Positions 41,817 through 52,368 of a stretch of DNA of 64,000 bases are shown here, piece by piece; position 1 is the stretch's first letter; each line of letters opens with the position of its first letter. The stretch is from Spirochaetia bacterium (lineage in GTDB: Bacteria > Spirochaetota > Spirochaetia > SZUA-6 > Bin103): contig CBDBDQ010000005.1 of NCBI GenBank assembly GCA_965203905.1, positions 288,001 through 352,000 of the forward strand, read 5' to 3'. The notes below the pieces were generated by a model. That model made no database searches. It was not told the DNA's origin and was given only the letters and a program-made list of their open reading frames with translations. A program made the position numbers and the translations under genes.

Positions 41817-42070
41817 CCGGGCAGTCCTCTCTCGTCGTAGAGCACGTCACCGTGGTCTATGGCAGCGGGGCCCGGACCGAGGCGCTGTGCACAGCGCTCG
41901 CCAATGGCAAGCAACTGCTGCGCGCGGACTTCCACGCCGCGCAACCGTTTCTCGCGGGCGAGGCGCTCACGCAGCGCGCTCGTGATCGCGCCGGTCATGC
42001 TCTGTCCGGTTAGGCTCGCGAGTTCCGCCGCAAGGCGGCAGGTTTCCTCGTTCTTGATGTTCAGGCTCAT
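41813..42070 (-). CDS. vapB: VapB antitoxin
   Basis: MSLNIKN...LYDERGLP; 4-nt overlap with vapC. Confidence 0.9.
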   Translation of the reverse strand: MSLNIKNEETCRLAAELASLTGQSMTGAITSALRERLAREKRLRGVEVRAQQLLAIGERCAQRLGPGPAAIDHGDVLYDERGLPG

Positions 42071-42256
42071 GAACTCAGCCCTATTGGGGTAGAAGAGATG
42101 AGGTCAGTCTACCGTAAACGGTCCGCTACGGTCCAGCAGCGGTCTGTCGACCTCACCGGTGCGCGAACATCGTTCTGTGGAGTGTCCATACACGCGATCC
42201 GGCAGGTGCAGGACGCCGCTGGAGCAGTGAACCTGACGAAGTCTCTGGGACCTGCA

Positions 42257-43200
42257 CTATTCTGTCTCGTACGGGCCAAGAAAACGGTCACCGTCGAAGT
42301 GGATCAGGTGGGACGGAACTTCCGCTATCCATACTTCCGTAGCCCAGGCGATCTCGGCGAGATACCGGGCCATCGTGGCATGGCTGCGAAACGCGGTCAC
42401 ATAGATGATGCCGGCTGTGGCTCCCGCGAAGAGCTCGTTCAGCTCGGCGTACCGCTTAACGTCTACGGGTCCGTGACTCGTTACTGCCTCGACAACCACG
42501 AGCCATCCTCGCTCTGCATCGTGCAGCACCACATCCGGCATCTTTCCGTGAGAGTCTACTATCACACCTAAAGCAGCGAGCCGGTGGCTATCAAAGTAGA
42601 TCCACTTGTCGCCGGTGTCTCCGACATAATGAGCGTACTACCAGGGACGAATCGTGCCGCAAATTCTTCAATTATGTCGCGTATCAGCTCGCTGTGTTCA
42701 CCTGCACTCAAATCGATCCGTCGGTCCCCTTCGATGCGCACGGGAACCCGATGTCTGGCGCGCTCCCTGGCATACTCGGAGGCGAGTGCTCCGCTGCGTG
42801 CAAGGTAGTCTGTCAGATTCGAGCGCCAGGCATCCGTGCCGTAACTGCGCAACAGCCCCAACACCTCTTTGGTAACCTGATAGACGGTATGTGGGCTGTT
42901 TACCGGTCGATCAGGTTTGTCCGGATTGCGTTGCACAATCCCAGCCTGCACAAACTGGTGCATCGTTTCTCGGCGAAATGTCTCGCGAGTATTCGGCGCA
43001 TATTCCTTTCCGTAGTGTTCCCGGACCCAACTCATGATCGGAGTAACTCCCATGAGCGGATTCTTCGCCGACCTCCAATCAGCGTCAGGCAGCAGGTTGA
43101 GGAGCGCGAGTAAACAGAGCGCCGATCTCTCGTTGTGTTGCGCGCGCGGCAGGCCCAGCGACGCGAGGATGGAAACTGCTTGGTCGACCTTGCTTGCCAT
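42257..43200 (-). pseudogene. BsuBI/PstI family type II restriction endonuclease, frameshifted near 42628
   Basis: YAPNTRETFRR, PVNSP, HGKMPDVV, EAVTSHGP, HLIHFDGDRFLGPY; restoring one T (ATT TAT) gives LIYVGDTGDK. Confidence 0.88.
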
Positions 43201-43208
43201 CCTGCAAT

Positions 43209-44708
43209 CTACAGACTCTCAATCTGTTCATCGATCTCGTTCTGAGAGTGCTGCGCGCGCTGCATCGCCCACTTGCCCAAACCAATAAGAGCCTTCCAGC
43301 TCGGGTACTTCATCCTTCGCAAATCAGTGGCGTTAACCTGCGTGTGGCCGTTGAACCGGCGAAACTCCTCGTCCACGACGGTACTGTTGAGGTACACCGT
43401 CAGGCCGTGCGCAAGCGCATCTGGCAGCCCCTTCCGTCCGCCATGGAACACGTTCAGGTGATTCTCCAAGCCAACCAACTGAAAGCCGCGAAAGTCGCCT
43501 GGAGCGATCACGCTGGCCACGATCCTCCGGCGCTCTTCTTTGGAAGAAAAGCGCCTGACAACGCAATAGTATCCGTTCGGATAGAGCCATCTCCGGGTTT
43601 CGTCGTTGCAAAGGATCGCGTTCGGCTTCTTTCCATCATGCAGCGGCCAGTCAACATACCAACCCTTGACGTGGCCCGGGTACAGCAGCGGCACCGTATC
43701 CGCGCCCGGGGTATCGCGGAGATGATCCTTCAACCTGAAATCGACAACAGGACCAGTAGAAACAGAAATGCCAAGTTGATCCAACGTATACCGGTCAGCC
43801 GACTTGCTCCAGGCTGAGATCCCAGGTGAAGACGTGGGCACTTGAATGAAACGTTCCGGATCATCAGGAAGCACAATCTGTTCGAATGGCCAATCATGTG
43901 TGACGAGATCGCAAAAACTGTCGTCGCCGGAGGTTGTGATCGTCACACTTCGCTGATTCACCCCTCGACGCAACCTGATGATGACATTTTCCTGAAGCAC
44001 ATCGTCGTCTCTAAATGCTCTGTCACGAGAATTAAACAGATGTACGTGATCAAGACTCGCGCGGCTCAAGATATAGTCGCGAAATGGGCGGTAGTACGGT
44101 CCATTACAGAAACTGCGTGGTATAATGGCAACAAGCTGCCCCTGCGTTGCGTCAAGTAAAGACACGGCGAGCGCAACGAACGCCGAGTACATGTTCACAG
44201 TTTCGATTCCGACAGTCCGTAACGCCGTGCGGTATCCGGAGTCGCTGCGGATCTTTCGATACGGAGGATTGAGAATGGCGTGGGAATACTTGGGCAGCAC
44301 CTCGGCGAACATGTAGCGGCCCAGCGATTGCACCGCAGTGTATATGAAGTCATCTCCTCGGACGCTGGACTTGACCTGAAGGCCCTGCGCTTCAGAAAGA
44401 CGACGGTATTCATCGAGATTACCGATCAGGTCGCGATGCAGTTTTCCGTCGATCTCGAAGGCATCAACCGAAACCTCCGAGAATCCGAAATCGCGCACAA
44501 CACAGCGCTCCAGAAACGCTGCCGACAGGGAACCAATACCGGCCCCTGGATCAAGCAAACGGCATTGTCCGAGTTCGTTCGGCACGAACAGGCCGGCCAT
44601 GAACTGAGCCACGGAAGTCGGAGTAAAGAACTGTCCCAACTGCGACTTTCGGCGACGATCCGTAGCCTGTGACAGGGCAACGCGAGATTCTTCGATCCTG
44701 GTGAGCAA
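43209..44708 (-). CDS. N6-adenine DNA methyltransferase (BsuBI/PstI/Eco57I-like, gamma class)
   Basis: GQFFTP, LDPGAGIG, NPPY, STGPVVDFR, FNGHTQVNATDL; TTG start with GGAGAAGG RBS. Confidence 0.9.
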   Translation of the reverse strand: MLTRIEESRVALSQATDRRRKSQLGQFFTPTSVAQFMAGLFVPNELGQCRLLDPGAGIGSLSAAFLERCVVRDFGFSEVSVDAFEIDGKLHRDLIGNLDEYRRLSEAQGLQVKSSVRGDDFIYTAVQSLGRYMFAEVLPKYSHAILNPPYRKIRSDSGYRTALRTVGIETVNMYSAFVALAVSLLDATQGQLVAIIPRSFCNGPYYRPFRDYILSRASLDHVHLFNSRDRAFRDDDVLQENVIIRLRRGVNQRSVTITTSGDDSFCDLVTHDWPFEQIVLPDDPERFIQVPTSSPGISAWSKSADRYTLDQLGISVSTGPVVDFRLKDHLRDTPGADTVPLLYPGHVKGWYVDWPLHDGKKPNAILCNDETRRWLYPNGYYCVVRRFSSKEERRRIVASVIAPGDFRGFQLVGLENHLNVFHGGRKGLPDALAHGLTVYLNSTVVDEEFRRFNGHTQVNATDLRRMKYPSWKALIGLGKWAMQRAQHSQNEIDEQIESL

Positions 44709-44845
44709 GCTGCCTTCTCCTGGTTCCCGAGGGGCGAGGCATCGGTTGTCACACGCGTGCAGGGCAACCGATCCCAGAGGCGAGTGTAACACGCCTACGT
44801 GCTATCCGGGTCTGAGGCGGCACCCGTGCCGGCCGTCGGGAGTGT

Positions 44846-45241
44846 CTACGTGAGGTTGTGGGGGCCGAAGGAGGCGGGCAGCAGGTCGGCCAGGGTGAAG
44901 CGCTGCCTCAGGCCGTCGGGGCCGCATACCAGGATGGGGACGGTGTCGGCGGCGAACTCGCGGATCTTCTGGCGGCAGCCGCCGCACGGGGTGCACAACT
45001 GGTCACCGCCGCCGGCCACCGCGATCTCGGTGATGCGGCGCTCGCCGGCCATGACCATGGCCACAATGGCCGAGGCCTCGGCGCAGATCCCTTCCGGATA
45101 GGCGGCGTTCTCCACGTTGCAGCCGTGGTAGATCGCACCGCTCTCGCCGCGCACCGCGGCGCCGACGTGGAATCCGGAATAGGGGGCGTAGGCCGCCGCC
45201 CGCGCGGCGATGGCGGCGGCGATGGTGGAGTCGGTGCTCAC
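44846..45241 (-). CDS. cdd: Cytidine deaminase
   Basis: AYAPYS, GCNVENAAY, CAE and PCGGCRQ zinc motifs; GTGA overlap with lipA. Confidence 0.93.
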   Translation of the reverse strand: MSTDSTIAAAIAARAAAYAPYSGFHVGAAVRGESGAIYHGCNVENAAYPEGICAEASAIVAMVMAGERRITEIAVAGGGDQLCTPCGGCRQKIREFAADTVPILVCGPDGLRQRFTLADLLPASFGPHNLT

Positions 45242-46230
45242 TCGCTGTGCGCCGCCAGCTCGGAGAACTGGTCGCCGGCGTGATAGGAGGAGCGCACGAA
45301 GGGGCCGGCCTCGCAGTGCATGAAGCCCATGGCGCGGGCCGCCTTGCGCAGCTCGGCGAACTCGTCGGGGTGCCAGTAGCGGACCACCGACTGCTGGTGC
45401 GTGGTGGGCTGCAGGTACTGGCCGACGTTGACGATCTGGACCCCGGCGGCGCGCAGGTCGCGCATGGTGGCCAGCACCTCGTCCCCCGTCTCGCCGAGCC
45501 CTACCATGAGGCTGGACTTGATGAGCAGCTCGGGGCCCAGGGTGCGGGCCGTCTCCAGGAACGCCAGCGAGCGCTCGTAGGTGGAGTTGGAGCGTACCAG
45601 GCGGGTCAGGCGCGCCACGGTCTCGACGTTGTGGGAGAGCACCTCGGGAGCGGCCGCCACCACCGCGGAGATCGCCTCGCGGGAACCGCCCAGGTCGGAG
45701 GTAAGCAGTTCCACGCTGCAACGCGAGACCGCCCGGATCGCCGCTACCGTGGCGGCGCACACCGCGGCCCCGCCGTCGCCCAGGTCGTCGCGGGTCACCA
45801 TGGTAACCACCACGTGGCGCAGTTGCATCTTGACCACGGCCTCGGCCACCCGCTCCGGTTCGGCCAGGTCCAGCTCGGTGGGCAGCCCGGTATCCACCGA
45901 GCAGAAGCGGCAGCGACGGGTGCAGACGCTGCCCAGGATCATGAAGGTGGCGGTGCGGTGCACGCCCCAGCACTCGTGGATGTTGGGGCAGCGCGCCTCC
46001 TCGCACACGGTGGTGAGCCGGTTGGCGCGCATCAGGCGGCGCACCTCGCCGAACGCCTCGCTGGCCACCGGCCGGGTGCGCAGCCAGGGCGGTTTCCGCC
46101 GATAGGTGGTGGGCACTGGATTCGAGGCCGGCACGGCGGCCGGAGGCACGGATGTCGAGCTTGTCGTTAGCGCTGCGATGACGAACCGCCTTATTTCGTC
46201 CTCCGGCTCTGGACCAGAGGATGGTAACAA
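45238..46230 (-). CDS. lipA: Lipoyl synthase (true start probably a GTG between 46116 and 46149)
   Basis: CEEARCPNIHEC, CTRRCRFC and VRSSYHA motifs. Confidence 0.95.
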   Translation of the reverse strand: MLPSSGPEPEDEIRRFVIAALTTSSTSVPPAAVPASNPVPTTYRRKPPWLRTRPVASEAFGEVRRLMRANRLTTVCEEARCPNIHECWGVHRTATFMILGSVCTRRCRFCSVDTGLPTELDLAEPERVAEAVVKMQLRHVVVTMVTRDDLGDGGAAVCAATVAAIRAVSRCSVELLTSDLGGSREAISAVVAAAPEVLSHNVETVARLTRLVRSNSTYERSLAFLETARTLGPELLIKSSLMVGLGETGDEVLATMRDLRAAGVQIVNVGQYLQPTTHQQSVVRYWHPDEFAELRKAARAMGFMHCEAGPFVRSSYHAGDQFSELAAHSE

Positions 46231-46247
46231 ACGTAGATTGCGGGGCC

Positions 46248-47285
46248 GTGCAAGTCAATTCGCCGCCTCACGCCACCCGCGCCAGTTTCTGGGACACGCT
46301 GCCGCGCCCGATGCTGCTGCTGGCGCCGATGGCCAACGTCACCGACACCGCGTTCCGCCAGATCATTGCACGCTGCGGGCGCCCCGACCTGATGATGACC
46401 GAGTTCACCTCCTGCGAGGGGCTGTGCTCACGCGGTCGCGACCGGCTGCTGGCCGAGCTCACCTTCCATCCCAGCGAGCGCCCGCTGGTGGTTCAGTTCT
46501 TCGGGCCGCGGCCGGAGACCTTTTACCAGTGCGCCCAGCTCGCGCGCCGCCTCGGCTTCGACGGCATCGACATCAACACCGGCTGCCCCGACCGCCGGGT
46601 GCTGAAGCAGGGCGCCGGGGCGGCCCTGATCGGCGACCCCGGCCGCATGCGCGAGATCTACGCCGCCACCCGCGACGGCGCCGGCGGCCTGCCGGTGTCG
46701 ATCAAGACCCGGCTCGGCATCGAACACGACATCCTCGAGGAGTGGCTGGGCGTGCTGCTGGAGCTGCGCCCCGCCGCCATCACCCTGCACGCGCGTACCG
46801 TGCGCGAGCTGTCCAACACCGCCGCCCACTGGGACGCGGTGGCGCGGGCGGTCGCCCTGGCGCGCGGCAGCGGCGTCCCCATCATCGGCAACGGCGACGC
46901 GCGCGACCCGGCCCACGCCCGCGAGTTGGCCGCGGAGACCGGCGCCGACGGCGTGATGCTGGGCCGCGCCATCTTCGGCAACCCGTGGCTGTTCCACCCC
47001 ACGGTCAGCAAGCAGCAGCTGGGCCTCGACGCGGTGCTGGAGGTGATGCTGGAGCACGCCGCGCTGTTCGAGCGGCTGCTGGGCGAGGTGCGCCCGTTCG
47101 TCGAGATGCGGCGCCACTTCAAGGCCTACCTCAACGGGTTCCACGGCACCAAGCGGTTGCGCGTGGCGCTGATGGAGACTACCGACCTGGCTCATGCGCG
47201 GGCGGTGGTAGAAGAGTTCCGGGCGCGTGCGGCGCCACGGCCCGCAGCCCCCGCCGCGGAGCTTGCCGCCGTCGGCACGCACTGA
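46248..47285 (+). CDS. dus: tRNA-dihydrouridine synthase
   Basis: LAPMANVTD, INTGCP, GAGAAL, IKTRLG, LHART, GNGD, GRAIFGNPW. Confidence 0.92.
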   Translation: MQVNSPPHATRASFWDTLPRPMLLLAPMANVTDTAFRQIIARCGRPDLMMTEFTSCEGLCSRGRDRLLAELTFHPSERPLVVQFFGPRPETFYQCAQLARRLGFDGIDINTGCPDRRVLKQGAGAALIGDPGRMREIYAATRDGAGGLPVSIKTRLGIEHDILEEWLGVLLELRPAAITLHARTVRELSNTAAHWDAVARAVALARGSGVPIIGNGDARDPAHARELAAETGADGVMLGRAIFGNPWLFHPTVSKQQLGLDAVLEVMLEHAALFERLLGEVRPFVEMRRHFKAYLNGFHGTKRLRVALMETTDLAHARAVVEEFRARAAPRPAAPAAELAAVGTH

Positions 47286-47299
47286 CGGCGGCGCTACCG

Positions 47300-47330
47300 G
47301 CCCTGGCGCGAAGGTTGCTCACGCCAGGGC
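47300..47330 (+). terminator. GC-rich hairpin after dus (no U tract)
   Basis: GCCCTGGCG...CGCCAGGGC inverted repeat. Confidence 0.4.
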
Positions 47331-47349
47331 ACCCGACTACGTTGCCGGC

Positions 47350-48429
47350 ATGAACCCCGTTCACCCGGTCTCGCTCCCGGAACCCTGGCGTCGACAGCCG
47401 TTCGTGGCCGCGCGCGAGGCGAGTTGGTCGCGTGACGGCTACAACCGCGACTGGCGTTTGATACCGGCGGCCGAGGAGCTCACGCTGGCCGACATCCGCG
47501 GCTGCGGCTGCGTAACCCGCCTGTGGTTCGCTCTCGACAACGGTAGCAGAATACCGCCGGGCCAGCGGCTGTGCGTCGCCGATCCGCTGCTGCTGCGCAA
47601 GACGGTGCTGCTGGTGTACTGGGACGGCGCCGGTCATCCCAGCGTGGAGGTACCGGTGGGGGACTTCTTCGGCATGGGCAGCGGCGAGGTGCGCAGCTAC
47701 AGCAGCGCGCTGATCGAGGTAAGCGCCCACCCCGGGGCCGGCCGCGGCTCCTTCACCTCCTGGATCAGGATGCCGTTCTTCGAGCGTGCCCGCTTCGTGC
47801 TGCGCAACGACGGTGAGCTGCCGGTGCGCGCCTTCTGGCACGTAGACTACCAGCGCTGGGAGCGCCTGCCGGCGGATACCTGCCACTTCCACGCGAGCTG
47901 GCGCTGCGAGATGCCCTGCGCGGCGACCCCACTGGAGGCCGACGGCAGCGAGGGCGCCAACCTCACCGGCGAGCGCAACTACGTGATCCTCGACGCCACC
48001 GGCGAAGGCACCTACTACGGCTGCCACCTGACCGTGGACAACCACGCCGGCGGCTGGTGGGGTGAGGGCGACGACATGGTGTTCGTCGACGGCAAGCCGT
48101 TCCCCGGCTCCCTGCACGGCACCGGCCAGGAGGAGTACTTCGGCCAGGGGTGGGGCATGCAGGACGTGCAATATCCCTACTTCGGAACGCCGCTGTTCAA
48201 CCACGGCCACCGCAACTGGGAAGGACGCTGGTCGATGTATCGCTTTCACGTGCTCGACCCGATCCCGTTCCGCAGCAGCATCCGCGTGACCCTGGAGCAC
48301 GGCCACAACAACCACCGCGGCGACGACTATTCGTCGACCGCATTCTGGTACCAGAACGGGCCATGTGCGGTGCCGTCGCTGCCGGACGTGGCGCGGCGCC
48401 TGCCGCGTGACGCCGGCGACGGAGCGTGA
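47350..48429 (+). CDS. DUF2961 / GH172 glycoside hydrolase
   Basis: YWDG...PSVEVPVGDFFG, WWGEGD, GTGQEEYF, YRFHVLDPIPF, AFWYQ. Confidence 0.88.
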   Translation: MNPVHPVSLPEPWRRQPFVAAREASWSRDGYNRDWRLIPAAEELTLADIRGCGCVTRLWFALDNGSRIPPGQRLCVADPLLLRKTVLLVYWDGAGHPSVEVPVGDFFGMGSGEVRSYSSALIEVSAHPGAGRGSFTSWIRMPFFERARFVLRNDGELPVRAFWHVDYQRWERLPADTCHFHASWRCEMPCAATPLEADGSEGANLTGERNYVILDATGEGTYYGCHLTVDNHAGGWWGEGDDMVFVDGKPFPGSLHGTGQEEYFGQGWGMQDVQYPYFGTPLFNHGHRNWEGRWSMYRFHVLDPIPFRSSIRVTLEHGHNNHRGDDYSSTAFWYQNGPCAVPSLPDVARRLPRDAGDGA

Positions 48430-48469
48430 GGCCGTCCCACGCGCGCCCCGAACGAGTAGGATAACAGCG

Positions 48470-49180
48470 ATGTATGACCTCACTGAAAAAATCGCGGTGG
48501 TTACCGGCGCCAGCCGCGGCATCGGCCTGCACATCGCCCGCGCGTTCGCGGCAGCGGGAGCGCGGGTGGTGGTCACCGGCCGGTCGCGGGCGCGCCTGGA
48601 GCCGGCGCTGGCCACCATCGACGGAGAGTGTCTGCCGGTGGTGTGCGACCAGGCCGACCCGCGCGCCATCGAAGCGCTTGCGGACACGGTGCAGGAGACC
48701 TGGGGAGCGCCGGACATCCTGGTGAACAATGCCGGCGGCGGGGGCGGGGGTCCGGTACCGACCATGTCCCTGGAGGCGTGGCAGCAGGTGATCGCCACCA
48801 ACCTGACCGGGGTGTTCTACACCACGCGCCGCTTCCTGCCCGGCATGCTGCAAAAGGAGCGGGGCGACATCTTCATCATCAGCTCCATGAACGGCAAGAG
48901 GGCCGACCCCGGCACCGCCGCCTACTCGGCCAGCAAGTTCGGCCTGCACGGCTTCGCCCAGGCGCTGTTGTACGACGTGCGCCGCTCCAACATCCGGGTG
49001 ATGGTGATCAACCCGAGCCAGACCGACACCGGCGAGGACACCAGCCCTCCGCACGGCCCCGGCATCCATATGCACGCCGCCGACATCGCCGCCACCATCG
49101 TCCACCTCGCACGCCTCCCCGGCCGCACCCTGGTCCGCGACCTCGATGTCTGGGGCACCAACCCCTTCCCTCGTGGGTAA
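48470..49180 (+). CDS. SDR family oxidoreductase
   Basis: TGASRGIG, LVNNAG, YSASK. Confidence 0.93.
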   Translation: MYDLTEKIAVVTGASRGIGLHIARAFAAAGARVVVTGRSRARLEPALATIDGECLPVVCDQADPRAIEALADTVQETWGAPDILVNNAGGGGGGPVPTMSLEAWQQVIATNLTGVFYTTRRFLPGMLQKERGDIFIISSMNGKRADPGTAAYSASKFGLHGFAQALLYDVRRSNIRVMVINPSQTDTGEDTSPPHGPGIHMHAADIAATIVHLARLPGRTLVRDLDVWGTNPFPRG

Positions 49181-49260
49181 ACCAAAGCCCGATATGAGAC
49201 AACCGCGCGACTTGAGGAGCACAACGGATGTTGAAGGCGTTATCTTACCAAGTTCGAGGC

Positions 49261-49965
49261 ATGGCGAAGACTGATGCTGAGTCCACAGTGAGCGCGACTT
49301 TCACTGTCGCCTCCCGAATTTGGAAGTACCCGCGAACGCCGTACTGGCCATACTCGCCAGCGCAATCCCGAGATGCAGGCGTTGTTGCCGATCCTGAGCG
49401 GTTCGTGGCGCGGGCGGTGGTGGTTGCCGAGAAGCTGGACGGCAGCAACACGCTGTTGCATCGAGGTGAGGTGTACGCGCGCAGCGTGTCCGCTCCGGCG
49501 ACGGCGAAGTGGCTGGCGATGGTCAGAAAGCATCATGCGTGGAAGGTCACCGAACCGGAGACGTTTCTCTACGGCGAGGAAATCTACGGCGTGCACAGCA
49601 TCGAGTACGATCCGGTGCCGGAGGACAGGACATTCTATGCGTTCGCGCTACGTTTCGCCGATGGATCGTTCGGTTCCTTTCGAGAGATGGTGGAGTATGC
49701 GCGGGCGCGCTCCATACCGGTGGTGCCGGTGCTGTTCGAGGGAACGTTCGGCTCGGTGCAGGAAGTTCGCGACTTCTTCCGCACGGCCCACGCCGAGCCG
49801 TCGGCTCTGGGAGGAGCACGGGAGGGAGTCGTGATCCGCCTTGCGGAGGGATTCCCGGCTGCCGACTTCGAGCGCAACGTGTGCAAGAGCGTTCGCGAGG
49901 GTCATGTGCAGTCCGACGAGCATTGGTCGAAGCGGTGGCGCCCGTGCCGCATCGCGCGACGGTAA
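49261..49965 (+). CDS. ATP-dependent RNA ligase family protein (Rnl2-like)
   Basis: KYPRTP, EKLDGSN (motif I), YGE, EGVVIR (motif IV). Confidence 0.82.
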   Translation: MAKTDAESTVSATFTVASRIWKYPRTPYWPYSPAQSRDAGVVADPERFVARAVVVAEKLDGSNTLLHRGEVYARSVSAPATAKWLAMVRKHHAWKVTEPETFLYGEEIYGVHSIEYDPVPEDRTFYAFALRFADGSFGSFREMVEYARARSIPVVPVLFEGTFGSVQEVRDFFRTAHAEPSALGGAREGVVIRLAEGFPAADFERNVCKSVREGHVQSDEHWSKRWRPCRIARR

Positions 49966-49978
49966 GCGCGGCCACCTG

Positions 49979-50518
49979 TCAGTGGCTCGGGATGCCCGCG
50001 GAGGCGAGCGCGGCGCACCACTCGGCGAGCGCCTGCGCGCGGGAGGCGGGCGTGTTCCAGTGCAGCGGGCGCGGGCTGGTGGACGGCAGCTCCACGGTGG
50101 CGGCATCCAGGGCGGAGAAGTGCAGCCGCCACTCGCGGGCGCGGCGGCCGTTGAGCAGGATCGGGAACGGCCCGCGCTCGGCCAGCAGCGCGCCGACCCG
50201 GTTGGGCGTAGCGTCGCTGATGCGGTCGTCGCCGGAGCCGGGGCGCCGCACCCGGGCGTAGAGGTCCCACACCGCCAACCCGGTGCGATGCAGCGCGGCT
50301 ATCCGTTCCGGGTACGGGACGGCGGGATCCTCGATCACGCCGCAGTGGCAGAGCATGCGCCAGAACCAGTTGTGCGGGTTGCCGTAGTACTGCTTCGACT
50401 CCAGAGACATGACGCTCGGGAACGAGCCGAGCACCAGTGCGCGCACCGGACCGGCGGGCAGGATCGGCGGCAACCCCGCGAGCAGCGGCGCCCGCTCCTG
50501 GTCAGAGTGCGCCCTCAC
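49979..50518 (-). CDS. UDG superfamily glycosylase (Mug/DNA-deoxyinosine glycosylase-like)
   Basis: LVLGSFPS, YYGNPHNWFW, AVWD, LPSTSP; start uncertain. Confidence 0.85.
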   Translation of the reverse strand: MRAHSDQERAPLLAGLPPILPAGPVRALVLGSFPSVMSLESKQYYGNPHNWFWRMLCHCGVIEDPAVPYPERIAALHRTGLAVWDLYARVRRPGSGDDRISDATPNRVGALLAERGPFPILLNGRRAREWRLHFSALDAATVELPSTSPRPLHWNTPASRAQALAEWCAALASAGIPSH

Positions 50519-50619
50519 GTTGCTGATGACCACCAACCCGCCGTCCGCTCCTGGTAAGAATGCGCGTTCATGTGCCGGATAGCGGCGACCGCGTGGCCCA
50601 CGCGAAGCGCCGATGCGGG

Positions 50620-51729
50620 TCAGATGCCGAGGTCGCAGAGTTCGTAGTCGCGCAACACCTCGGCGCGGGTGGCGGCGTCGCTCCAACGGTTGGCGTCGGC
50701 CTCGGCTGCCAGCGGCTGGTAGGCGAAGCGCGGCTCGTCGGGATAGCGCTGCCGGCGCGCGTCGATGGCCAGCGCGATCACCCGGGCGCGGCGATGGATG
50801 CGCGCGTCGTCGTAGGGCTCCGGTGCCTCGGCGAGCACGCCGGCGACGCTGGCGCGGCGGTGGAAGCCGAAGGTCAGTGACACCCGGCGGCGGTCGGAGC
50901 GGTTGGCGAATGCGCCGTGCAGGATCTGGCGGTTGACCAGGGCGACGTCGCCGGGACGGCACACCATCGGCACCGCGCCCGGCAGGCGGTCGGAGCCGCC
51001 GTTGGCGGCGACCCAGGCCTTGATGTCGATCTTGCCCCGGCAGTGGGAGGCAGGGATCAGCCACAGGCCGTTCTCGGGGGTGGTGGGATAGAGCTGGGCC
51101 ATGAAGTTGAAGCCGTGGGTGCCGGCGTCGAGCGCCGGGTCGTCCCAGTGGGTGGTGCCGTCCTGGTGCCAGGCGGTGGACGGCCCCAGCCCCGCCTCCT
51201 TGACCCAAATCCCCTCGCGGAAGGGCACGAAGTCGGGACCGTTGAGCTGCTCGGCTACCGCCAGCAGCCGCGGGTGGCCGTACAGCCGCAGGAAGCTGTC
51301 CATGAACTGCAGGGGGCCGATCATGCTGACCAGCACCTCGGCCGGGGCATCGGCGGGTGCGTCGTACTCGGTCATCCTGGCCTGGTAGCGGCCGCGTGAG
51401 GCGCCGGTGCCGCCGTACGGATCGCTCAGCGGCCGGCCGAACTTGAAGCGGTTGCTCCCGCGCGGGCCGGGCGACAGTGCCGGACGCCCCGCGACGTCGG
51501 TCGTGGCCGTACCTGACGTGGGCATCCGCTCCATCATGCGATCGAAGTCGGCGACCAGGTCGGCGGTCTCCTCCGGGTCGATCAGGTCCACGAAGATGTA
51601 GAACCCGGTGCGCCAGTAGGCGCTGGCGATGTGCGGCGCAAGCTCTCCCCGCGCCGTGAACTCCAGCGGGCCGCGATTGCCCAGTGCGGCTGCCCGCCGC
51701 ACCCCGTCCGCGAGATATGCGTCACCCAT
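50620..51729 (-). CDS. PhyH family dioxygenase
   Basis: WHQDGTTHW, IPASH, PGDV...LHGAFAN. Confidence 0.88.
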   Translation of the reverse strand: MGDAYLADGVRRAAALGNRGPLEFTARGELAPHIASAYWRTGFYIFVDLIDPEETADLVADFDRMMERMPTSGTATTDVAGRPALSPGPRGSNRFKFGRPLSDPYGGTGASRGRYQARMTEYDAPADAPAEVLVSMIGPLQFMDSFLRLYGHPRLLAVAEQLNGPDFVPFREGIWVKEAGLGPSTAWHQDGTTHWDDPALDAGTHGFNFMAQLYPTTPENGLWLIPASHCRGKIDIKAWVAANGGSDRLPGAVPMVCRPGDVALVNRQILHGAFANRSDRRRVSLTFGFHRRASVAGVLAEAPEPYDDARIHRRARVIALAIDARRQRYPDEPRFAYQPLAAEADANRWSDAATRAEVLRDYELCDLGI

Positions 51730-51852
51730 GGTGCTCACATCATAGCAGCTTGCGGCGGGCGGGGCCGCACACGTCGCCGGCGCAACGGCGCAACCCCGCA
51801 CCCGGTCAATCGCCGGCCTGCCGGCGGCGGCAGGCCAGGAGTGGCAGCAAGG

Positions 51853-52227
51853 TCAGTAGGTCAGCCGGCCCTGGCGGAACTCCGACACGATCGGCGCCCT
51901 CTGCAACTCGGCGATGATGTCGTCGCCGCCGGCCTTGCGCCACTCGGCAACGTAGGCATCCCAATCCGCGGCGGCGTCGAGGTCGCCGGTGATCGCCTTG
52001 AAGAAGAACTCGTTGAACAGCGTCTCCAGCGTGGCGCCCACGCGCGCCCGCACGTCCGCCAGACCGGTCTCGTTGAGGATGTCCCAGCGGTGGGGGCGCA
52101 AGGTGTACTGCTGGCCCGGATCGGCAAGCACCCAGTCGCGGTAGAAATCGGCCACCACGCGCGGCAGGAAGAACTTGGTGCGGTCCGCGGTCAGATACAC
52201 CGGGTTAGAACCTGACCAACCCGACCG
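51853..52227 (-). pseudogene. C-terminal fragment of an extracellular solute-binding lipoprotein
   Basis: KAITGDLD...WDAYVAEWRKAGGDDIIAE tail typical of family-1 SBPs; in-frame stop upstream; no signal peptide. Confidence 0.7.
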
Positions 52228-52368
52228 TCAACCGCACGCGCGCGCCATGCGCGCCATCCGTGACCGGAGCCAACGATACGGCCAGCCTGCCGGCGCTCCA
52301 CCCGTAGCGGCGGGAGTTGACAGGCGGAAACGGTTGCATTCAGCGTGGTGGCGGACGCAGGAGGGATC

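Noticed and set aside
44846-46258. 470-aa ORF suggesting a long cytidine deaminase fusion
   Set aside because: Only the last 131 codons are cdd; the rest is an alternative frame of lipA.
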